NCBI RefSeq assembly: GCF_009914755.1
Contig: NC_060927.1
Length of the DNA stretch: 64,000 nt
Direction: 5' to 3' (one strand)
Origin: the human T2T-CHM13v2.0 reference genome, Homo sapiens
The notes under the pieces are model-generated. The model was not told where the DNA came from and did not search any database. It saw only the letters and a program-made list of their open reading frames with translations. This document shows positions 14,276 to 31,857 of the stretch, in pieces (position 1 is the stretch's first letter; each line of letters begins with the position of its first letter). The position numbers and the translations under genes are program-made.

Positions 14276-14886
14276 TGTCAATGCCCTCCAACCAAGACTA
14301 TCCAGAACACATGTATAGTTGAATAAATTGGGTTTATTACTTGGTGCAGTGAGCACATACCATAGGGAATTGGGACGTTGTTATTAAGAAGGTGTTAGAA
14401 AGGACTTACAGGATTTGGGTTTGTGTTAAGAGATTTTGGAAAGGGTTTAAGGAAATAGAGTTTTGCTCTGGATTGGATGCTGCCAGGAAGTAGGGTAATT
14501 CTATGATTGGGCATCTTAATACATTTTATCTAGAAGGAGGGAAGAATAGACGGAAGCTAAAGCTATAATAGGTAAAGAAGCGGCAGACACTCATATTAGC
14601 TAGGAGAGGGAGATGGGTATTTTTGTGGCTTTGACATGTTCATGTTTTGTCTGTGTTCAGACATCCTTATGGAATGGTCTTGTTTTTGTCTGGATGCAAC
14701 GTGGTCATCAGAGTAGCCTTATGTTGATGTGCTATGAAATTATTTCTGTTTAATAGGAGGACACCCAGACCTGCGTGTGGGTTCCAGGCCAGCTCCTAGC
14801 AAAACCAAGGTCAGGTTTCATAATGTGCCAATAATATCAACCTAGTTGATAGCTCCCAAAAGTCAGGGCTGCTTTCTTTTTTCTCA
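14276..14886 (-). mobile_element. ERV1-class solo LTR (MER90-like)
   Basis: The minus strand starts TGAGAAAAAAAGAAAGCAGCCC and ends GGAGGGCATTGACA (TG...CA termini), with AATAAA near the 3' end. Confidence 0.6.
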
Positions 14887-15957
14887 GTATATGAAAGCTC
14901 GAAAATCCAGGTTTATGTTTCCCAAATGGTTTTTTGGAATGCAAAAGCCAAGAATGAGTCACTTATGCTTTCCTATGTTCCTAAAGTCTAGCTCCTCAAA
15001 GAGAAGAACTTTGAGGTATCAGGGAATCCTAAAGAAAATCTCATCAATTAAAATATTAAAACATTATCCTATCTGCACAATGACATTACCAGATGGTTGG
15101 TGCGATGATGGAGGTAGCACCATGAAGGAGGACTCTGGCATAGCCTCCTCCTGGAAGAGATGGCCTTTGAGATGGTTTTTTCTGTCAGAGAAAGGGAGAT
15201 GGAAGAAAAATATTCTATGAAGAAAGAAAAGCATGCATTGGCCGTGCTGGGGAAAAGACAAACCAGTCATAGTGCTTGCTTTGCTCACAGTCTGTCCTAA
15301 GTAAAAGCAAGAGATCTCATCCCTATTCGAAGCTGATTGGCCCTGAAGTGCCTACTGACTCACAGGCAGACACTTAGTAGGTGGGTCAGTAACCTGTGAG
15401 TTTGCCCTGCACATGAAGAGGAGCTGCGCCAATCAGACTGCCTCTTTCTCAGGAATGTGGGCTAGGAAATGCCAGCAGAAAGAGGCTGTGAGGAGCGAAG
15501 TTTGAAGCTGAAGTGCTGTGTGCACAGGAGCCTTGAGGAAGAGTGGGAGCTAAGAGGGGTTGTGGAGAGTCAAAGTTATGAGGAAGCAGGGACTGGAGGC
15601 AGAGAGATGGCAGGTTGAGAGAGTAAGTGGTGGGGTGGCTGTAACAGACAAGTCATAGGGAGAGAAGACACTTAACACAGCAGAGTCTTATTAGCCCGGA
15701 GTAGCAGAGTGACAATTACTCACTCCTGTGCCTCCCCTTTTTCTGCTGGCAGGGGCTGACTTGACTAGAATCTCTGTTCCTGAACTTCAGGTCCTTTCCT
15801 CTTCCTCACCTTCACATACATCCTTACAGTTCTCTTCACCTCCTAACTGAGACTTATTTGAGTTACTTGAAAGAGCCCAACTAAAGAAAGAGTAGAGAGA
15901 AGCAGGGACCAGACCTAGGTTAGTGCCATCTGCTAAGACCTGGGATGTATAAATACC

Positions 15958-16380
15958 CTGTCAGAACTCGTTCAATTTTAAGTGACAGAAAACCCAATTC
16001 GATTTGTTTTAAGACCAAAAAGCGATGTATTGTCTCACATAGCTGAAAAAGCCAGGGCCAGTTAGCTTTAGCCATGCTGGATTCAGGGGCTCAGACAATG
16101 TCAGCAAGACTGTCTCTGTCTGTGTCTCTGTTCTCTTTTTCTCTGTGTTATCTTCTGGCTCTTCTCTAGGTTTATATCCTATGGACAGTGTCTTCTTCCT
16201 AGTTTCTCTGGCAAAAGTCTGGGGAATGAGGATTGGACCAACTTGAATTCCAGACCTGTCCCTGAGCAAATTTCCATGGCTGGCAGGACTTGGTGGATTG
16301 GTGGGACCAGCCTTTTCTGTCAGGGATAAGACCAAGGGCAGATGCTGGGTGGGCAAATTAGCAGATGTCCACCACACTGA
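15958..16380 (-). mobile_element. MLT1J/K-type MaLR LTR
   Basis: aagtgacagaaaacccaa...gctggattcaggggctcagacaatgtca. Confidence 0.65.
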
Positions 16381-16664
16381 CCATAAATGTGCACATGTGC
16401 ATTTGAAAGCATTCATTATTTCCAGCCACCAGGAAATAAGGAGTCTAGAGAAGAAGGAAAAATATACAGTTATTATCTGGACATGAATACATATTTAAAC
16501 TTGAATAAAAATTAGTTTGGAAGCCAATATATATTTAATTTGTTTTCATTACTTTTTTCATCTTTCAAAATAACTTTGGAACTTCATATAATTGTTGGTA
16601 TGCAATGATTTGGGGGAAGGAGGTCATAGGATCATGAGAAAATTGACCTGTATGCACCTATGTT

Positions 16665-16850
16665 ATGGTATAGCAGAATAGGTCCTAAAGTGGAAAGGGT
16701 TAAATCTGATCATGCCACCTACCAGCTTGAGTCATTTAATCCCTCTGGCCTCAGAATCTAATTGGGGATAGTCATCTTGCAGTGTTGTTGGTAAGAATTA
16801 AATGCAAGATAAAATATTTGGCACATGGGAGGTGCTGACAATGGTAGCTG
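16665..16850 (+). mobile_element. MIR SINE
   Basis: gagtcatttaatccctctggcctcag...gttggtaagaattaaatgcaag...tggcacatgggaggtgct. Confidence 0.6.
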
Positions 16851-17769
16851 GTTTATCAGGAGTCTGCTTCATGGCTACGTGGATCAGCACTCCAAGATCT
16901 TCACGCTTTCAGGCAATGCAGATGCCATCATTTCAGATCCTCTGTCAGATTTCTCTGCCTGAGTCTACAGTCAACCTATTTTAGGTAAAGAAAAATCCTG
17001 GTGGAAATTAGTTGACCATGAGCACTTTGAAAACTATAGGTTGAATTGGGCAGATAGCAAGTCAATAATTAGCTGGGTCCAAAACAGTCTGATTGTGATT
17101 AGAGAAAATATGTGTCAGAGAGAATTTAACATTTTTATTTTCCAAACCAGTCTGTGCATGTGATTATAACCTCCTGTTATAAATGGCATTCTAAAACCTT
17201 ATACCTAGGCTTTTGTAAAGCAGCCTTAGAAAGAGTGTTTGTGCATGTATGCATATGTATTTGTGTGCACCCTTGTTTTGTGTGAGCAAGAGGAACAGTG
17301 GCATTGCTGAAGGGGCCATGAATCTGGGAACAGAGGCGTATGAGGGCTCTGGACGGTGATAAGATCCTTACCAAACCCATGACTGGTACCTGGGAATGAC
17401 TGAGGGTCTTGGGTACCACTTGATGCTGCCCTTGCTGTGGCTGTCCACCATAGAAACAAAGCCCAAAGAAAACGTCTAAGTGGGGGAATTCACAAGGTAA
17501 TTTTGAGTAGAACCTTGTAGCCACCAGTACTATAAGAGACAGTCAGTGGGAACCTGGCTTTGTAGCTTGTGAGCTAAGCACAGGGCTGGAGCTCTGCTGC
17601 TGTGTCGTCTATGCAATAATACCTTTCCTGACTCATTCTTCCAAGCCAGGTGAGGGATCTGCTGGGTAAATGGGCTCCAAATCAAAGCAGTTTTATTTCT
17701 TCCCTCCTGATTTGTATGCACTTTACTCCCTTTTCTTACCTTATAGCGCTAAATAGAAGTTACAGAATT

Positions 17770-20028
17770 GTTTACTAAGAGTGGTAAGAGCAGATGTTCT
17801 TGCCTTATTACTGATCTCATGGGGAATGTGTTCAGTCTCTCACCATTAAATATGCTGTGAGCTGTAGAGGTTTTTTGTTTATGTTCTTCATATGGTTAGG
17901 CTTTATGTCCCCACCTAAAACTCATCTTGAATTGTAATCTCCATAGTCCCCACGTGTTAAGGGAGAGACCAGGTGGAGGTAATTCAATCATGGGGGCAGT
18001 TTTCCCCATGCTGTTCCCGTGATAGTGAGTTCTCATGAGATCTGATGATTTTATAAGAGGCTCTTCCCCTTTTGCTTAGCCCTTTTCCTCCCTGTCACCT
18101 TGTGAAGAAGGTGCCTTGCTTCGCCTTTGCCTTCGCCATGATTTTAAGTTTCCTGAGGCTTCCCCAGCCGTGTAGAACTGTGAGTCAATTAAACCTCTTT
18201 CCTTTACAAAGAGGAAAGTTCTTTATAGCAGTATAAAAACAAACTAATTCAGTTCTTTATCAACTTGAAGAAGTGATCATCTCTTCCTGTTTGTTGAGGG
18301 TTTTCTTTAAAATCATAAATGGGTATTGGATTTTTGTCCAGTGCTTTTTTTGGATTGATTAATATGATCATGTAATTTTTTTTCTTTAACTTGTTAATGT
18401 GGTAAGGTTTTATACATACGGTGGAAATCACATTACTTAATTTTGAATTTTGAAACAGCCTTGCATACCTGAAAAAAACCTCTCTTGGTCATGTATATAA
18501 TTCATTTTATATAATACTGAATTCTATTTACCAATGGTGTGTCAAGGATTCTTGCATCTATACTAATAAGGAATATAGGCTGGTCATTTTTTTGTATTGC
18601 CTTGTCTGGATTTGGCATCAAGGTAATGCTAGCTTCATAAAATAAATTGGGAAGTGTTCTCTCCTCTTCTATTTTCTAGAAGAGATTGTGTACAACTGGT
18701 ATTAATTCTTCCTTAAACATTTAGTATAATTCTCCAGTGAAATCACCTGGGCCTGGGATTTCTTTTTTTGGTAGCTTTAGAAATTATGAATTTAATTTTC
18801 TTAAGAGTTATAAGGCTATTTAAATGATTTATTTCATATTGAATGAGTTGTGATAGTTTGTGTTTCTTGAGAAAGTGGGACATTTGGTTTATTGCCATAT
18901 GCATGTTGTAGAGTTGTTCATAGCATTCCCTTATTGTTCTCTTGATGTCTGCAGGGTCTGCAGTAATATTGCCTCTTTAATTACTGATGTTCGTAATTTG
19001 TACATTCTTTTTTTCCTTCTTAGTCTTGATATAGAATTGTCATTTTAATTGATCTTTTCAAAGAACCAGCTGTGTGTTTCATTAATTTTTTTTCTATTTC
19101 CAATTTCATTGATTTCTGCTTTTATCTTTATTATTATTTTTTTCTCCTTGCTTTGGGTTTAATTTGCTCTTCTTTTTCTAAGTTCTTGAATTGGGAGCTT
19201 AGATTATGGATTTGAGACTTTTCCTTTTTTCTAATATATGCAATTAATGCCATAAGATTTCATTTATGTACTGCTCTAGCTGTGTCTCACACATTTTGAT
19301 ATGTTGTGCTTTCATTTTCATTTAATTCAACTTATTTTTCAGTTTCCCTTGAGACTTTATCTGGGATTCATGCATGTGTGTTCCTTGAAGATTTTCTTGT
19401 TACCTGTTATTAAACTTTAGCTGATTCCATTGTAGTTGTAGAACATATTCTTTATGACTTCAATTCTTTTAAGTTTGCTGAGGTTCATTTTATGGTCCAG
19501 GACATGGCCTATTTTGGTATATGTTCCATGAACACTTGAAAAACATGTGTATTCTGTTGTTGTTGGGTGGAATGTTCTGTAAGTATTGAATAGATTCTAT
19601 TAGATAAATGTGTTTTTGAGTATTTTATATCTTATTTTCTGTCTAGTTGTTCTATTAATTGCTGAAGAGGGGTGTTGAACTCTCCACTATAATTGTGGAT
19701 TTGTCTATTTATCCTTCAGTTTTGCTTCACATATTTTCAGCTCTATTGTTTGCTTCATATACATTTAGAATTGCTATGTCTTCTTGGTGGATTGACCCTT
19801 TTTTCATTATTTAATATCCTTTCCTGTTGCTGATAATTTTCTTTACCCAGAAGTCACTTTATTTGATATTAATATCACTTCTGATTTCCTTGATTAATGT
19901 TTGTATGATACAAGGATAAAAGGATAGTTTCCTACCCTTTTACTTTCAACTTGTCTGCATTATTACATTTGAACTGAGTTTCTAGTAGATAGCATATAGT
20001 TGGGTCAGGTTTTTAGGCCACCTCTGCC
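17770..20028 (-). mobile_element. Old L1M (L1MC/D-like) ORF2 region
   Basis: T-rich antisense ORF2 remnants (e.g. ORF 18249-18431 ...HINKLKKKNYMIILIN...). Interrupted by THE1 and resumes at ~21593-21910. Confidence 0.75.
17888..18251 (+). mobile_element. THE1D-like MaLR solo LTR
   Basis: THE1 sequence with a perfect 5-bp TSD gttct (17883-17887 and 18252-18256). Confidence 0.9.
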
Positions 20029-20297
20029 TAAGAAGCATACAGTTGTGGCAGAAAGTGAAGGGGAACCAGCATGTCAAATAATGAGAGCAGAAACAAGAGA
20101 CAGAGAGGGGAGTTGCCACAAACTTTTAGACAACCAGATCTTGTATGAACTCAGAGTGAGAACTCAGTCATTAGCATGAAGACAGCACTAAACTCTTCAT
20201 GAGGGATCTGTCCCCATGATTTAAACGCCTCTCACCCAACACTAGGAATCATACCTCAACATGAGATTTGGAGGGGTCAAACATCCAAACCATATCA
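20026..20297 (-). mobile_element. MST (MSTA/B) LTR, 3'-truncated
   Basis: The minus strand begins TGATATGGTTTGGATGTTTGACCCCTCCAAATCTCATG and stops before the poly(A) signal. Confidence 0.8.
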
Positions 20298-20383
20298 TTG
20301 ACCTTTGGGAGTTTGATTATTAAATATCTTGAGGTAGTCTTATTTGGATTAAATCTGCTTTGTGTTCTATAACTGTCTTCGCT

Positions 20384-21592
20384 TATTTTTAAAAACTTTT
20401 TATTTTTAATTTTTTGGGGTACATAGTAGGTATATATATTTATGGGGTACATGAGATGTTTTGATACAAGCATATGATGTGAAATAAACACGTCATGGAT
20501 AATGGAATTTTCATTCCCACAAGCATTTATCTTTTGGGTTACAAATAATCCAATTACATTCTTTTAGTTATTTTAAAATGCACAAGTAAGTTATTGTTGA
20601 CTATAGTTACCCTGTTGTGCTATCAAATAGTAAGTCTTATTCATTGTTTTGAACTATTTTTTTGTACCCATTAATCATCCCCCTCCCCCCAAGCCCCTCC
20701 CAGTACCCTTCCCAGTCTCTGGTAACCATCCTTCTACTCTCTACATCCATGAGTTCAATTGTTTTGATTTTTAGATCCCACAAATAAGTGAAAACATGTG
20801 ATGTTTGTTTTTCTGTGACTGGCTTGTTTCATTTAATGTAATAATCTCCAATTCCATTCATGTTGTTGCAAGTGATTGGATCTCATTCTTTTTTATGGCT
20901 GAATAGTACTTTATTGTGTATATATACCACATTTTCTTTATCCATTCCTCTGTTGATGGACACATAGATTGCTTCCAAATCTTAGCTATTGTAGACAATA
21001 CTGAAACAAACATAGGGGTACAGATATCTCTTAACACACTGATTTCCTTTCTTTGGGGTATATACCCAGCATTGGGATTGCTGGGTCATATGGTAGCTCA
21101 ATTTTTAGTTTTTTGAGGAACATCCAAATTGTTTTCCCTAGTGGTTGTACTAATTTACATTCCCACCAAATTTTCAAGGGTTCACTTGTCTGCACATCCT
21201 CACCAGCATTTGTTATTGCCTATCTTTTGGATATAAGCCATTTCAACTGGGGTGAGATGAAAACTCATTGTAGTTTGATTTGCATTTCTCTGATGATCAA
21301 TGATGTTGAGTACCTTTTCATATTCCTGTATGTCAATCATATGTCTTCTTTTGAGAAAAGTCTATTCAAATCTTTTTTCCATTTTTTTGTTTGGATTATT
21401 AGATTTTCTCCTATAGGGTTTTTTGAACTCCTTATATATTCTGGTTATTAATCCCTTGTCAGATGAGTAGTTTGTAATTTTTTTCTTCCATTCTGTGGGT
21501 TGTCTTTTCACTTTGTTGTTTGTATCCTTTGTTCTGCAGAAACTTTTTAACTTGATGTGATTTCCTTTGTCCATTTCTGCTTTGGTTGCCTG
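20384..21592 (-). mobile_element. L1MA (about L1MA2/3) 3' end, 5'-truncated
   Basis: ggggtacatagtaggtatatatatttatggggtacatgagatg 3' UTR plus decayed ORF2 C-terminus (ORF 21362-21616 ...IKLKSFC...SDKGLITRIYKE). Confidence 0.85.
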
Positions 21593-21914
21593 GGTGTATT
21601 TAGAACCATAGCACACAGTGTTATAATTTTCGCTTCAACCATCAATTACAATTTAGATAATACAAGAGGAGAAGAAAAGTCTGCTGTTATTTCCCATGTC
21701 CTTTCTTCTTTCCTGCTGTTCCAAGGTTCCTTAAAAAACTCATTTTCTTTCTCTTCAGAAAATCTTCTTTAGCCCTTTTTTAGTATAGGTCTGCTGATGA
21801 CAAATTCTTTTACTTTCTTTCATCTGGGTGTCTTGATTTTTCCTTCATTCCGGAAGGATATTTTTGCTGAGTATAGAATTCTATACTAAAGTGTATAGGT
21901 TGACAGTTTAAAAG

Positions 21915-22220
21915 AACCTGGTACTCCTAGTTATTTTTCTTGATCCTCTCCCTCCTCCCAGCCTCCATCCTCTGTGAGGCCCCAGTGTGTCTTGTTCCCC
22001 TCTATGTGTCTATGTGTCTTCATCATTTAGCTCCCACATATAAGTGAGAACATGCGGTATTTGGTTTTCTATTCCTGCGTTAGTTTGATGAGGATAATGG
22101 CCTCAAGATCTATCCATATTTTTTAAAATTTTAATAGCTTTTGGGGTACGAGTGGCTTTTGGTTACATGGATGAATTCTACAGTGGTGAATTCTGAGATT
22201 TTAGTGCAACTGTCACCTAG
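21915..22220 (-). mobile_element. Two short L1PA/L1PB 3' UTR fragments
   Basis: catcatttagctcccacatataagtgagaacatgcgg, followed by ttttggggtacgagtggcttttggttacatggatgaa. Confidence 0.65.
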
Positions 22221-22224
22221 TGAC

Positions 22225-23870
<1,646 letters not shown>

Positions 23871-24479
23871 TGGCTTAATATGGACAAAGATTAAAACCAT
23901 AGAAATCTACAGTAATAACAAACTGATATACATCTCCTCAAATGAACAAATGCTAACATTCAAGTATTTTTATCAGATTTATTTTTCTTGAATAAATAAA
24001 ATAATATTAATTGAGCTAAACTCCTTTTTGTACCCCTCTACCTAACATCATTCCTTTTCCTTCTTTCTTTGATGCAACCACTATGATGAACTTTGCGTAT
24101 GCCTTTCTTGCCCAAGCTTTTATACTTTTATTTCCCATATTTGTATCCAGTGTCTAGCATTGTTATGTCTAATATTGTTTTGCCTATTTAAACATTTATA
24201 TATTAGTAGAGATCAAATTCATTTCATTACTGAATAGAATTGCATTAGACAGACATAGCTTATTTTACTTATTCATCCATCAATACTTCACTGCCTTTAA
24301 TCTTTTATTGTTACTCACAGTGCCGCAATGTGCAGACTTAGACATATCTTCTTGTGCAATATTCCAGAATTTCTGTGGCAGAAATGCAGGAATGAATGGA
24401 ACTACTGGATCATATGGTATATGCATTTTCACTTTTACCTGAAATTGTCAAACTGCTCTCCAAATGACAGCTCATTTTC

Positions 24480-26616
<2,137 letters not shown>

Positions 26617-27374
26617 TCATTTTCGCCAGCAGTCTGAGTGTTCTCATTTCCCTATAGTCTCCAACACCTGATATTGTCTGACTTAAAAAATATTTGATAA
26701 TCTAAAAGATGTGAAACAAATGATCTTTGAAATTAAAAACATTAAAAGGATTATATAACATCCCACCACTTATACCCCCGACTCCTCAGTGGGGTTGTTA
26801 CACTTAAAATAAAATCCCCACATTTTTTAAAAAACCATAGCCTATTAAGGTCATGCATATCTGAATCTCCACCATTCCTTCTTTCCTTCCTCTATTTTAC
26901 TCCAGATGCCCAGGGCATACTTGAAGCCTTTACATTGGCAGTTCTTTCTGCCTGGGTAGTTCTGCTTCCAGCTGTTAGCTTGGCTGTCAGCTTATCCTTG
27001 AGGCATCAGGATGAGGGGTTAAATGCTACTTCCTCAGAGAGGACTTCCTAGGTCATCCTGTCTAAGGAAGCCAGCTAGCTATTTAGTGCTTCCCTTTCCC
27101 CATTTGATTTCTATCAGATCACATCCTTTCAAACCACAATCTGTTTATTTATATTTACTTGTTCATTATGTATAGACAACATAGTGCTGCTTTCCTTCCA
27201 AAGACAGCTTGATGGAATCTCTCTCCAGCAAACTGTCTTTGGTGTTCCATGCTAACTCAGAATTATGCAGGAAGAGGCATTTTGGGAACTGTAGTTCCAG
27301 TTCAACCAGGTTGATACAATACAAATATACCATAAATCCAGCATTCTTCTTATCGGTTAGGAAGGGAACATGTA

Positions 27375-27600
27375 TTTACTGGATGTCTTTTACAGGCCAG
27401 GGACCAAGCTAGGTGACTTACACATATTCTTACTTAATCCTCAGAACAGCTTTGAAGTAGATGATATTATTCTCGTTTTATAGAAGACTGAAGCTCTAAG
27501 AGGTTAAACAGCTTGCTGCATGTCATATAGTTACTAAGTGATGTCATTGGTATTTAAATCCAAGCCTTTCCATTTCCTAAACCTATTCATTTCAATTACA
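27375..27600 (-). mobile_element. MIR SINE
   Basis: acttaatcctcagaacagc...tattattctcgttttatagaagactgaagctctaagaggttaa. Confidence 0.75.
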
Positions 27601-27828
27601 TAGTCCCAGTTTTAAAATTATAGATAATTTTATTGCTACTTATGCCATTTTGGCAGATTAATTTTGCCTTTAAAAACTAAGCTGCCAGTGATCATTGCTT
27701 TTTATCTGTATAGGGGGAGATAACTGATTGGATTGTCCATTGTAGCCAAGATGATTGTACGGGGCAGCGGGTCTCAACGATTAATGGGCATAGGAATAAA
27801 CTTGGCCTCAGAAAACGTATTCCTCACA

Positions 27829-28167
27829 AGTGATTCTCAAGCTTGCTTGAGGGTTAGAATCACCTGGGGTGTTTGTCAAAGCTACATATTTTCAGCCTGA
27901 TGTAGTGGCTTGCACTATAATCTCAGCTAGTTTCGGGGGCTGAAGGGGGTGGATTGATTGAGGCCAGGAGTTCAAGATTAGCTTGGGCAACATAGTGAGA
28001 CCCCCCCCACCCAACCTCCATAGCTAAAAAAAAAAAAAAATACATATTTCCAAGCTACTCCCCAAGTGATTTGATACATCAGGTTTAGGGAGGGATTGGG
28101 AAACCGTGTTTTTAAACAAGTGCCCCCAAACAACTTGTATCGTAAGGCAAATTGGGAAACACTACCT
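27829..28167. mobile_element. MER5-family element split by a FLAM
   Basis: agtgattctcaagcttg...ttagaatcacctgggg ... ttgggaaacact. Confidence 0.6.
27895..28040 (+). mobile_element. FLAM_A monomer
   Basis: Monomeric Alu-like sequence with A15 tail. TSD tacatattt(t/c)ca at 27883-27894 and 28041-28052. Confidence 0.8.
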
Positions 28168-30745
28168 TAAAAAAATTTTGAGGAAGTAGCAGCTAACTTG
28201 AATTTGAAAAAGAAGGTCCCTGGAGTTTAAGTAAGAATGGCAGGGGTTCAAGATATGCTTTGCAGATGCAACCAGCTTTTATGAGCAGATGTTATTTATA
28301 CAACTGAATATAGGCAGAAATGTGGGAGTATTCCAATAGTGAGGTTTGAAACAGGAAGAGAAAACACCTCTGTGCATTTCAAGAGTCGGTAGCAAGGGTG
28401 AAGGAAGGGCTGGGAAAACAGTCAGGGGAAGGCAAGGTTATGGAAAGAGTTGTAACTGCAGGAAACCACTAGCATCCCAGGGCTAAGAAGTAAAAGGAGA
28501 AACTGAGTGATTGAGAAGCAGGAGGCTGCTGAGGCTCCTGCTCTGGAGTGGATTTCAGGCTTAGCTACTCAGAGCCATTGATGGAGGGCTGCTGAAACTA
28601 GAGGAGGGGTAGGGAGAGAGAGAAAGAGATAGAATGAACAATGGCTTCTGCCTTCTTCCTGCTCTTTAGTTTCCCCCAGCGCCTCCCATTGGCTGAACCT
28701 GACTGGAATTTAGCTGGGAAGGGAGTGTGGGATTGTAGTTTCCAGGTGTCCAGTGCGCTGTGATACAGAGTAGAACGCAGATGGTGCACACAGGCCTGAG
28801 AGCCAACAGGTGAATAACCAGCCAGAGCACCCAGAAAAAACACGGTCATCACGTGAGGCAGCCTGTATGTGGGAGGAAAAAAAAATCACTGTTGAAAGTA
28901 GGGACTAGTTAAAGTTTAGGTTTGTAACAGTACTGTCCATTTAAATTGGAATTATTGGTTAACACTTACCCTGTATGATATAGTTTATGACTTAGCAAAT
29001 GGAAAGGGAGTCTATTGTCATTGCCTAAGTCAGGAGTTGAAACTAGCAGCCCTTGGGATGGGTCAAGAGCATAGCCCTATTTTGAAAAGCCTACACATTT
29101 TTAAAAAGTTTGAATTGTTTGTCAAATGTGAAAATCATATTTCACATAAAAATTAAAAATTTCAGCTTCTCTTGAAATATTAGAATATTTGGAATGTTAA
29201 AATCTCATTCTAACATGGCAACAACCAGCTGGAAGAAGTAGAGTGGCAGCCCTAGATAGCATATATTCTTCATACATGTCTTCCTCACATTGTGCGGTCT
29301 CAGTGGGCATTTTCATTTGCCACCACTGGCCTTAACATATCTTTACATTTTTATTTGTAAATTTATAAAGTTTTAGTTTATAAGTTTATAAAAAATGTGA
29401 GAAAAGAGGTTTGTCTATGCCTGAGGTAATTTATTACTTTTTGTGTACCATATTGAGAAGGAATATTGATGATGAGGTTGATAATGATGATGATGAAGAA
29501 ACTACTAATCACCAGGTGGCAATATCCAGATGTGAATACTGATCATCTGGGAAGATATTAAAAATCTTCTCTAGCCCTGCAAGCCTAGCCTTTTAATGTG
29601 ACCCAAACGTCACATTAGTGCGGCATTTGTTTGTTTCTAAAAAATTGGGGTCTAATGTTAAACTCCCTCTGGATACTTAATGCCTAAGTCCCTTCACATC
29701 ACATCCTTATAGGGAAGAGAGGGATCACAGATACCTATAATCCTCTTTTCTGTTTCCTCAGTAAGCAAGTAACTATAGAAACACACTTAAGCAAACAGCT
29801 TGGTGACCATCCTGAACTCTGAGAAACTTCAAAAATTAACTTGCTGCTGGACAGAAACTTTGATTAGGAGCTCTTCAAAGATGTTTTCCTTCACATCAGC
29901 TTAAAATTATTACCTGGTTTTGCTACTAAGGTTTTAAGAACTGTTTAAGCATAGTTCTACAAAGAACAAGGATTTTTATCCAGTTGACACTAGGTCAGTA
30001 TCTTGTCTTTATATTTGCATGTGAGCCTTATAAAGGAACGGAAAAATGTATTTGTTGTATCATTTATGTAAAAATGGGGACCAAAGCTGGAAATTTCAAA
30101 GCTGTGTGATTTACTAAGACTAGTAAGGGAGATGGACAGTTAAAGGAAGTCTTTGACTTAGGTAGTGGACTCCAGGGACTGTTTCCTCCCCTCTTCCCAC
30201 TTGCCAGCATTCCTGTTGCAGTGATGAAAGTCTTGGAAGTTTCAGTCCCTGCTGGGAATTCCAAGTGGACTAAGAGAAAGGGGCTTCCAGATAATCAGCT
30301 TTCCTAAATGTCTTCCCTCCCATTATCTGGAAAAGAAATAGTGGAAGAGATGCAGCAGCATTTTATTAGAATCTATTTTATTAGGTAAAATATAAAACAT
30401 TTGTTTATTATAAGTCAGTAAGAACAGTAAGTCTGTTTTTATGAACACAGACATTTGAAATCAATTTCCGGTTGACCGCTGTGGCTTTATAACCTCAAAA
30501 TCCAGTTCATGTCTGAATTTTGTTTTGGCTGCAAATATTGAGAAAGTTCCAGTCCACATGAAGAAGTTGCAAATGGATAAAAGATTTTAAACAGCTGTTT
30601 TTGCAACTTAGGATATGTTTTAATAAAATAGAAGTGGGAGGAGATTATTCAGAATTTTGCACACAAATAAGTAAACATTGTAGCATGAGTCTGTGTTGGT
30701 GCCACCCAAATGTGTTAAAATTAGAAGTATTTAAAAGTTAAATTT

Positions 30746-31549
30746 GGCCAAAAAGCATATGAAAAAATGCTTAACATCATTAATCATTAGGGAAATTAAA
30801 TCAAAACCACAATGAGACACCATCTCACACCAGTCAGAAGGACTATTATTAAAAAGTCAAAAAATAGCAGATGCTAGTGAGGCTGTGGAGAAAAGGGAAG
30901 ACTTATACACTGTTGGTGGGAATGTAAATTAGTTTGGCCACTGTGGAAAGCAGTTTGGAGATTTCTCAAAGAACCAAAAACAGAACTATCATTTGATCCA
31001 ACAATCCCATTACTGGGTATATACCCGAAGGAATATAAGTTGTTCTACCACAAAGACACATACACATGTTTGTTCATTGCAGCACTTTTCACAATAGCAA
31101 AGACACAGAATTAACCTAGATGCCCTAGGTGGATTGGATAAAGAAAATGTGGTATATATATACACCATGGAATACTATGCAGCCATGAAAAATAACAAAA
31201 TTGTGTCCTTTGCAGCAACATGGATGTAGGAGGAGGCTATTGTCCTAAGTGAATTAACACAGGAACAGAAAACCAAATACTGCCTGTTCTCAATTATAAG
31301 TGGGAGCTAAACACTGAGTACACATCAACACAAAGAACTGCAGCTTACTTGAGAGGGTGGGGGTGGGAGAGGGTGAGGATCAGGAAACCACCTATCATGT
31401 ACTATACTCACTGCTTGGGTGATGAGAAACCACCTATTGAATACTACACTCACTACCTGGGTACACACCTACCCCTAGTGACATGCAACTTACCCATGTA
31501 AAAAATGTACATGTGTACCCACCGAACCTAAAATAAAAGTTGGAAGAAA
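30746..31549 (+). mobile_element. L1PA15/16-like 3' end
   Basis: aaaaccacaatgagacaccatctcacaccagtcag... ending gaacctaaaataaaagttggaagaaaa, with TSD aaaagttaaa. Confidence 0.88.
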
Positions 31550-31557
31550 AAAAGTTA

Positions 31558-31857
<300 letters not shown>

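Noticed and set aside
29461-29545. Acidic-looking stretch DDEVDNDDDEETTNHQ
   Set aside because: It is a degenerate (GAT)n repeat that hits a stop after about 25 codons, with no convincing splice sites.
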